Positions 40,055 through 44,634 of a stretch of DNA of 44,634 bases are shown here, in pieces. The stretch is from IMG/VR virus record IMGVR_UViG_3300024581_002496, positions 1 to 44,634 of that record; one strand, given 5' to 3'. Numbering within the stretch: the first letter of the stretch is position 1; the number at the start of each line of letters is the position of its first letter. Source of the stretch: a virus. A program made the translations under genes and the position numbers. The notes below the pieces were generated by a model. The model worked only from the letters and a program-made list of their open reading frames with translations, was not told the DNA's origin and searched no databases.

Positions 40055-41020
40055 TCAAACTTCTATAATAGGTATAGCCTGACAATTACAGCCAAAATCT
40101 TCGCCAGGATTATTTCTAGCTCCTGTTGAAGTGTTAGAAATTGGCGGATCATCAAAGCTAAAAATTTTACCATTTAAAGCCCTATGATCTGGCCTAGTTC
40201 TAACATTGGAGATTGACCACTTGTATTTGGACACACCTACACTTTCATATTTTACCTGCTTATATTTAGAAGTCAAGAGAGAAATCTCTTGTTTTGCCAA
40301 AAATTTAGCTTTTTTAGTGCTAACGGCAAAGCGTTCTTCTATTATTTTAGTAAAATCTTTGGCGCGGGTGCCTGATAATACTATGTCCTCAGCTTTTTGT
40401 CTAAGAATTAAAGTTTCTTTCTGAGTAAACTCTGTAATGTATAATTTTAGATTATTAGTATACTCTTGAGATAATATTTTTATTTGATCTGCTGTAAAAT
40501 TGATTGAAAGGCCTATTTTATCTGTTACAGTTTTTTTGAATTGCTTGTTTATATCTGAGTAAACTTTCTCAAGGGTATCATCAAAATTGATATTCTTTGT
40601 TACTTCGTCAATATTTAAGTTAATTTTGTCAACTGTTGCCACCAGTTGTCTTGCCATTTGTTTATAACTATCCTCTCTTTGTGCAATGGCCACTTGAATA
40701 TTGACAGGCAAGTTGTTCATTTCCTTTTTATAGCCTTTTATCCTCTTAATATATTTAATGCCTAATTCTCTAAATTCCTTTGCTGTGGTGGCGTTAAAAG
40801 AGCCTGTAAAGATATTATTACCATATCTTATCTTGCCAGATTTAATCGCCTTAATAATGGCGCTATTATCTCGCTCATTAAAGAAAATTCTTTTATTCTC
40901 CTTAATAGACTTAATTAAAGGAGCAAATAAAATATCATATAATATAACATCTATTTGCGCCTCTAATTCTTCTATTAGTTCTGGATTGTCTTTTATTGGT
41001 TGCAGTTGCTTTTCAGCCAT
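40055..41020 (-). CDS. Mu F-like / SPP1 gp7-like minor head (head morphogenesis) protein
   Basis: VRTRPDHRALNGKIFSFDDPP...GCNCQAIPI is the Mu F signature. Confidence 0.8.
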   Translation of the reverse strand: MAEKQLQPIKDNPELIEELEAQIDVILYDILFAPLIKSIKENKRIFFNERDNSAIIKAIKSGKIRYGNNIFTGSFNATTAKEFRELGIKYIKRIKGYKKEMNNLPVNIQVAIAQREDSYKQMARQLVATVDKINLNIDEVTKNINFDDTLEKVYSDINKQFKKTVTDKIGLSINFTADQIKILSQEYTNNLKLYITEFTQKETLILRQKAEDIVLSGTRAKDFTKIIEERFAVSTKKAKFLAKQEISLLTSKYKQVKYESVGVSKYKWSISNVRTRPDHRALNGKIFSFDDPPISNTSTGARNNPGEDFGCNCQAIPIIEV

Positions 41021-41022
41021 TA

Positions 41023-41343
41023 TTAGCTAATAACTTGTATTTCTGCAACATTTACACAGCTAATAACTAGCTCTGTTGGAGTTCCTGCGCTAACAAAGGC
41101 AAGATAATTAGGCAAGCCGTCAAATACTTCTAAAGCTACATCTGTTTTGATTGGTGCCATTTTAGTTGCAATATTGGCAAGAGTTAGGCCTACTGGCTCT
41201 TCTTCTGATCCGTAAATATCAACCGTTGCGCCTATGCTTGTAATTCTAGGCTTTAATGCTTCGCCTAGCCCTGATGGTGATAATAAAACAGATGAATATA
41301 ATTTATTAATATCTATTGCCGTTTGATAAGTTTTTAGTGCCAT
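41023..41343 (-). CDS. Hypothetical protein between the portal and MuF-like genes
   Basis: Track ORF with an ATGA overlap with the portal stop. Confidence 0.55.
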   Translation of the reverse strand: MALKTYQTAIDINKLYSSVLLSPSGLGEALKPRITSIGATVDIYGSEEEPVGLTLANIATKMAPIKTDVALEVFDGLPNYLAFVSAGTPTELVISCVNVAEIQVIS

Positions 41344-42818
41344 TATTTTATATTTTTATTTGTTAATATGCCCTCATAAGTTCTTTTCTTTTTAAAAAAG
41401 TTCTTTATACTAAAGGAGTTTTGTTTAACTGCCACGCCGTCTTGTAAGTCAAGATTAGGTTTTTGCGGTGGTGGAGTTGGGAATTCTTCGTCTTCGTCTA
41501 TTTCTAGATCTGTTCTTAATATATTTAATTGATTTAATTCTTCTTTTATTTCGCTAGAAGTCATTAAGCCTCTATCATATAATTGTAATATTCCGTTTAA
41601 TTGTTGTGTTTTAACTCTTTCCTCTTCTTCTGCTCCTAATATTCTTAACGGGTAGTATTCAATCTGTAAATCGTCTGGTATAAAGTCAAAAAGCTTTTTG
41701 CATATTAATTGAATCATTTGGATAATAATATGGTCAAACTTGCCCCTATATTCGCTCTCTATCATTGCATTATAGTTTTCTATGTCATCTTCGCCACTAT
41801 TAAAGCCGCTAGCAGATAGGCCAAACAATTTAGTCATTGGCATTCTTAAATCTGCTGCAATTCCTATTCTTATTTGTTGCAACATTTCTGACAATCCTGC
41901 AAAGTTTATTTGCTTTTGTTCAAATTTATCATTAATATCTTGGACTATTGCGCTTTGATAATTCTTTACTTGGTTTGCCATTTGTATTCTTTTTAAGAGA
42001 GCGTTTGATCCATCTTCACTTCCTAGTAAATCATTAAAGCCTTTAATGCTAAAAACATCAATCTTAGCTTCGTCAAGCATTTCAAATATTAAATCATTAT
42101 TTTTAATATATTGATTAATAGACCTGATGGCTCTTTCCAGTATTGACATTCCCCAGCCTCTTAATTGTGGCTTTATTAATGATGGTGCTGTTTTACCCTT
42201 TGACAATAAAATTCTTGATGAATCTAAATTAGTTCCATAATATAAGAATGATGGATCAAAATAACCTGCTGGATAATATGGCTTGTTTTCGCCTTGTGGT
42301 GGTATATTGGTAGGGCTAAGCTCCCAAAGGTCAGCAGCTTTAAAAGATAGCTCTGTATTCTCATTTATGGCGTTTATATTTAATGGCTTGTCCCCTTTCT
42401 GATTAGGCGTATTTATAACCATACCACCGCCACCAAATAAACTATTCCATTTTGCTAAGTCTTTTATTTCCTGCAATATGTTATGCTCTGATAAATAGTT
42501 TTGTATATCTTGTATATTTTCTGCGTTTAGTTCGCCTGATATTATTTTAATACCACCTCTGAAAGCGTCTTCTACTGGCTGGTCAATAAATGTTTGTATA
42601 ATTCCAAAGGTTGAATATGCATAGCTAAGCGTTGGCCTTTGCAATGATATTAATTGAGTATTAGAATTTAAAGTAATAGTATCAGGCTTTGATAATTGCG
42701 ACTGATTAAAAGATAATTGACTTGTTAAGCTTGCAAGACTATTTTTCATAGTCAAAAGCTCGTTAATCAATACAACATCCTTCTTAGGAAGTGATTTTTT
42801 GATATTTTTTGTTGACAT
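41343..42818 (-). CDS. Portal protein (DUF1073 / HI1409-like)
   Basis: YSTFGIIQTFIDQPVEDAFRGG..., LAKWNSLFGGGGMVI. The start is taken at the ATG (MSTKNIKK). The track start at 42878 is a TTG that forms a TTGACA box. Confidence 0.8.
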   Translation of the reverse strand: MSTKNIKKSLPKKDVVLINELLTMKNSLASLTSQLSFNQSQLSKPDTITLNSNTQLISLQRPTLSYAYSTFGIIQTFIDQPVEDAFRGGIKIISGELNAENIQDIQNYLSEHNILQEIKDLAKWNSLFGGGGMVINTPNQKGDKPLNINAINENTELSFKAADLWELSPTNIPPQGENKPYYPAGYFDPSFLYYGTNLDSSRILLSKGKTAPSLIKPQLRGWGMSILERAIRSINQYIKNNDLIFEMLDEAKIDVFSIKGFNDLLGSEDGSNALLKRIQMANQVKNYQSAIVQDINDKFEQKQINFAGLSEMLQQIRIGIAADLRMPMTKLFGLSASGFNSGEDDIENYNAMIESEYRGKFDHIIIQMIQLICKKLFDFIPDDLQIEYYPLRILGAEEEERVKTQQLNGILQLYDRGLMTSSEIKEELNQLNILRTDLEIDEDEEFPTPPPQKPNLDLQDGVAVKQNSFSIKNFFKKKRTYEGILTNKNIK

Positions 42819-42849
42819 TTTAATTTTTTTTTGTAAGTAACCGCTTATA

Positions 42850-42878
42850 AAGCTACTAAAGAAAAAATCTTTTGTCAA
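42850..42878 (-). promoter_or_regulatory. Promoter-like element TTGACA-N17-TAGCTT with an upstream A9 tract, before the portal gene
   Basis: Minus strand reads TAAAAAAAAACTTGACAaaagattttttctttagTAGCTT. Confidence 0.3.
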
Positions 42879-42886
42879 GTTTTTTT

Positions 42887-43084
42887 TTAGTGTCTTGCCT
42901 CTTCTACGATATCAAATTGTACGCCCTGCTTTTCAGCAAGTAAAATTTTGACACTATTTAATAAAAGCTTTTCCTTTCTTTTATTATTTAAAGTCTTATT
43001 CAGCCCTATGCGTGACATATCTATATAGTCTGCAAATTCTGCTTGAGTAATACTGTTATCTCTAAGAAGTTTTTTAATATCCAT
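42887..43084 (-). CDS. Small HTH (XRE-like) protein between terL and the portal gene
   Basis: ITQAEFADYIDMSRIGLNKTLNNKR is a helix-turn-helix signature. Confidence 0.6.
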   Translation of the reverse strand: MDIKKLLRDNSITQAEFADYIDMSRIGLNKTLNNKRKEKLLLNSVKILLAEKQGVQFDIVEEARH

Positions 43085-43197
43085 AAAATAAGAAATTATT
43101 AATAATAATTAATTATTGATTATTTGCATTTAAAAAGTCAAGAAAAAAATTATAGATGTGTCAAAATGATACAATTTAAAGCTAAATATCAAAAAAA

Positions 43198-44634
43198 TTA
43201 TAATACATCGAATATTGATAGATTTTTTGGCAATAAAGCAATCTTAGCCGCATCAATAAGAGTATCGACAAAATCATCGTGCTTGCTATTAGGAAAGGCA
43301 AGAATTTCGCTTTTTAACTCTGAATAGTTTTCTATATCTTTACATAAGATTAAATTATTATCAATAGTGTCTAAAGCGGGTATAATATTATTTGCCCTTG
43401 TTACTTTGTCTCTATCTCTTGGTAGTGTGTCTTTTAATTCCTTTTCATCTGGCACGGGTAGGCCTTTCCTTCTGTAAGATTGATTTAAATATATCCCGTG
43501 ACTTTTATCTTCAATCCATATATAACGGAAGCCATAACCTAGCTTATTTCTTATCCATGTCTCAATCCAGTTATCAACATCAACCGCATTAATCCTTCTT
43601 CTTTTAACATCTATTAGATATAAATGGTCTCTTTTCTTGCCCTTTACTTCTTCTTTTAATACGCCCCAATATGAAAAAACAGTAAAGTCATTCATTTCTT
43701 TATCTTTATAAGATAAGTCGGCTGTAATAAATGTAAAATCAAACTTAGTCGGCAGATCTGCTCTGTCTATTTCGCCTATTGCTTCTTTGCTAAATAAGTT
43801 ACCTCCTTCCATTACTGGTTCTTGTTGGTATTGACTCATAAACATAAAGTCGTTTTTACTTATTTCTTTTAATCTTTTTTCTGAATATTGAGAAGGAAGC
43901 TGACAAACTCCGTCAACCACCAAAGCCCGTTTCAATGTTTTAAAGTCATATTCTTTTATCAAATAGCCGCTCATATCTTCTAGGTGTAATCTTTGCTGTA
44001 TATTTACAATGGCCACCTCGCTATGGCTCAATCTTGTAATTAAAGTATTGACAAAATAGCCTTGTACCTTATCGCGCATTAATTGAGAATTGACATCAGC
44101 GGGCTTATTAGCATCATCAATAAATAAACAACCCGAAAAGCTCTGACTTGATCTAATACCAGCACCAAAACCAGTAATAGCAGATCCAATAGAAGTAAAT
44201 AATATAACGCCCCCGCTTGCTGTTATAATCTTTCTGCTTGTATAAATGGCCTTGCCTTGCGTGCTTTTTAAATATCCCCTCCAAAAATCATCAATAGGCT
44301 TTTCTTCTATTGCCTCTTCCTCTACTTTCTCTTGATACATTGCTTGATAAATAGGGTGTTGCAATACTGCGGCTAATTCTCTTGATATATCGCTTAATAA
44401 GTCCTGGCTATATGAAGTATAAATAAACTGACATCTAGGGTTCTTAGCTAGGCAATAGGCTATAAAGTATCTTGCAAGGGTTGTTTTACCACTTCTAGGA
44501 GGTACATTGATATTTTGCCTGATTTCTTCTTGCTTATATATGGCCTCAAAGGTTTCAAATAGTCCTTTATGCAATTCTTCTTCAATAAATGTCCTGCCTT
44601 CAATTAATCTAAACATATATAAAGCCCATACCCT
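43198..44634 (-). CDS. terL: Terminase large subunit (main part; continues at 180..100 after circularisation)
   Basis: Walker A-like NVPPRSGKT, CLFIDDANK and a C-terminal nuclease-type region. It lies upstream of the portal gene. Confidence 0.9.
   Translation of the reverse strand, partial: RVWALYMFRLIEGRTFIEEELHKGLFETFEAIYKQEEIRQNINVPPRSGKTTLARYFIAYCLAKNPRCQFIYTSYSQDLLSDISRELAAVLQHPIYQAMYQEKVEEEAIEEKPIDDFWRGYLKSTQGKAIYTSRKIITASGGVILFTSIGSAITGFGAGIRSSQSFSGCLFIDDANKPADVNSQLMRDKVQGYFVNTLITRLSHSEVAIVNIQQRLHLEDMSGYLIKEYDFKTLKRALVVDGVCQLPSQYSEKRLKEISKNDFMFMSQYQQEPVMEGGNLFSKEAIGEIDRADLPTKFDFTFITADLSYKDKEMNDFTVFSYWGVLKEEVKGKKRDHLYLIDVKRRRINAVDVDNWIETWIRNKLGYGFRYIWIEDKSHGIYLNQSYRRKGLPVPDEKELKDTLPRDRDKVTRANNIIPALDTIDNNLILCKDIENYSELKSEILAFPNSKHDDFVDTLIDAAKIALLPKNLSIFDVL
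44536..44634. repeat. Terminal direct repeat, an exact copy of 1..99
   Basis: See 1..99. Confidence 0.95.

Noticed and set aside
42819-42878. N-terminal extension of the portal ORF (MTKDFFFSSFISGYLQKKIK) from the track
   Set aside because: It would start at TTG, and that TTG belongs to an A-tract plus CTTGACA promoter-like box. An ATG with the usual context lies at 42818.
43095-43106. 12-bp perfect palindrome attattaataat in the terL-HTH spacer (possible pac/cos or operator)
   Set aside because: It is composed only of A/T in an AT-rich spacer, so it is expected by chance and has no supporting repeats.
1-44634. Search for a lysogeny module, tRNAs, CRISPR arrays, reverse transcriptase/DGR and toxin-antitoxin pairs
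   Set aside because: No integrase/recombinase motifs, CI-like repressor with a divergent promoter, tRNA-like cloverleaf sequences, spacer-repeat arrays or RT motifs (YxDD) were seen in any listed ORF or gap. The remaining short plus-strand track ORFs (for example 225..422, 2781..3029, 4396..4632, 7701..7973, 8920..9174, 9843..10121 and 33575..33781) are antisense shadows within well-supported minus-strand genes.

Overview
The window is a complete, strongly AT-rich tailed-phage genome. The first 99 nt are identical to the last 99 nt, which is a circular assembly overlap, so the unique length is 44,535 bp. About 85 tightly packed genes are present and all but three are on the minus strand. Reading in the direction of transcription (descending coordinates) from a divergent promoter region near 17.2 kb: (1) small early genes (17151->16120). 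(2) A 550-nt region with no sizeable ORF (15568..16119). (3) A replication and recombination module: replisome organiser, DnaC-like loader, C5 DNA methyltransferase, Erf-like annealase, pentapeptide-repeat protein, YqaJ-like exonuclease, dUTPase and SSB. (4) A block of repeat proteins and unknowns: HTH, LRR, two atypical 5-residue-repeat paralogs, a TerS-like HTH and a Sel1-like protein. (5) An SF2 helicase fused to a homing-endonuclease-like tail. (6) Packaging and head genes: TerL (wraps the window ends), HTH, portal, MuF-like protein, DUF2213-like scaffold/protease, decoration protein and major capsid. (7) A contractile tail: sheath, tube, chaperone with a -1 frame ORF and tape measure. (8) A Mu-like baseplate and two paralogous tail fibres. 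(9) An envelope-protein island, a holin/spanin/M15-endolysin cassette and a tandem LamG protein. I saw no integrase, CI-like repressor, tRNA, rRNA or CRISPR array. Spanins, lipoproteins and a beta-barrel OMP point to a Gram-negative host, and Shine-Dalgarno sequences are essentially absent. The most unusual signals are: (a) a repeated promoter plus conserved-leader cassette, including two odd copies, one apparently read antisense as a ~60-nt terminated RNA and one inverted inside the late operon; (b) the large control region; (c) repeat clusters inside the replisome-organiser gene; (d) a methyltransferase gene bracketed by 33-bp perfect direct repeats; (e) the helicase-HNH-like fusion abutting terL; (f) non-canonical A-x-N-I-x repeat proteins. 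All functional calls come from reading motifs by eye; no database search was run.
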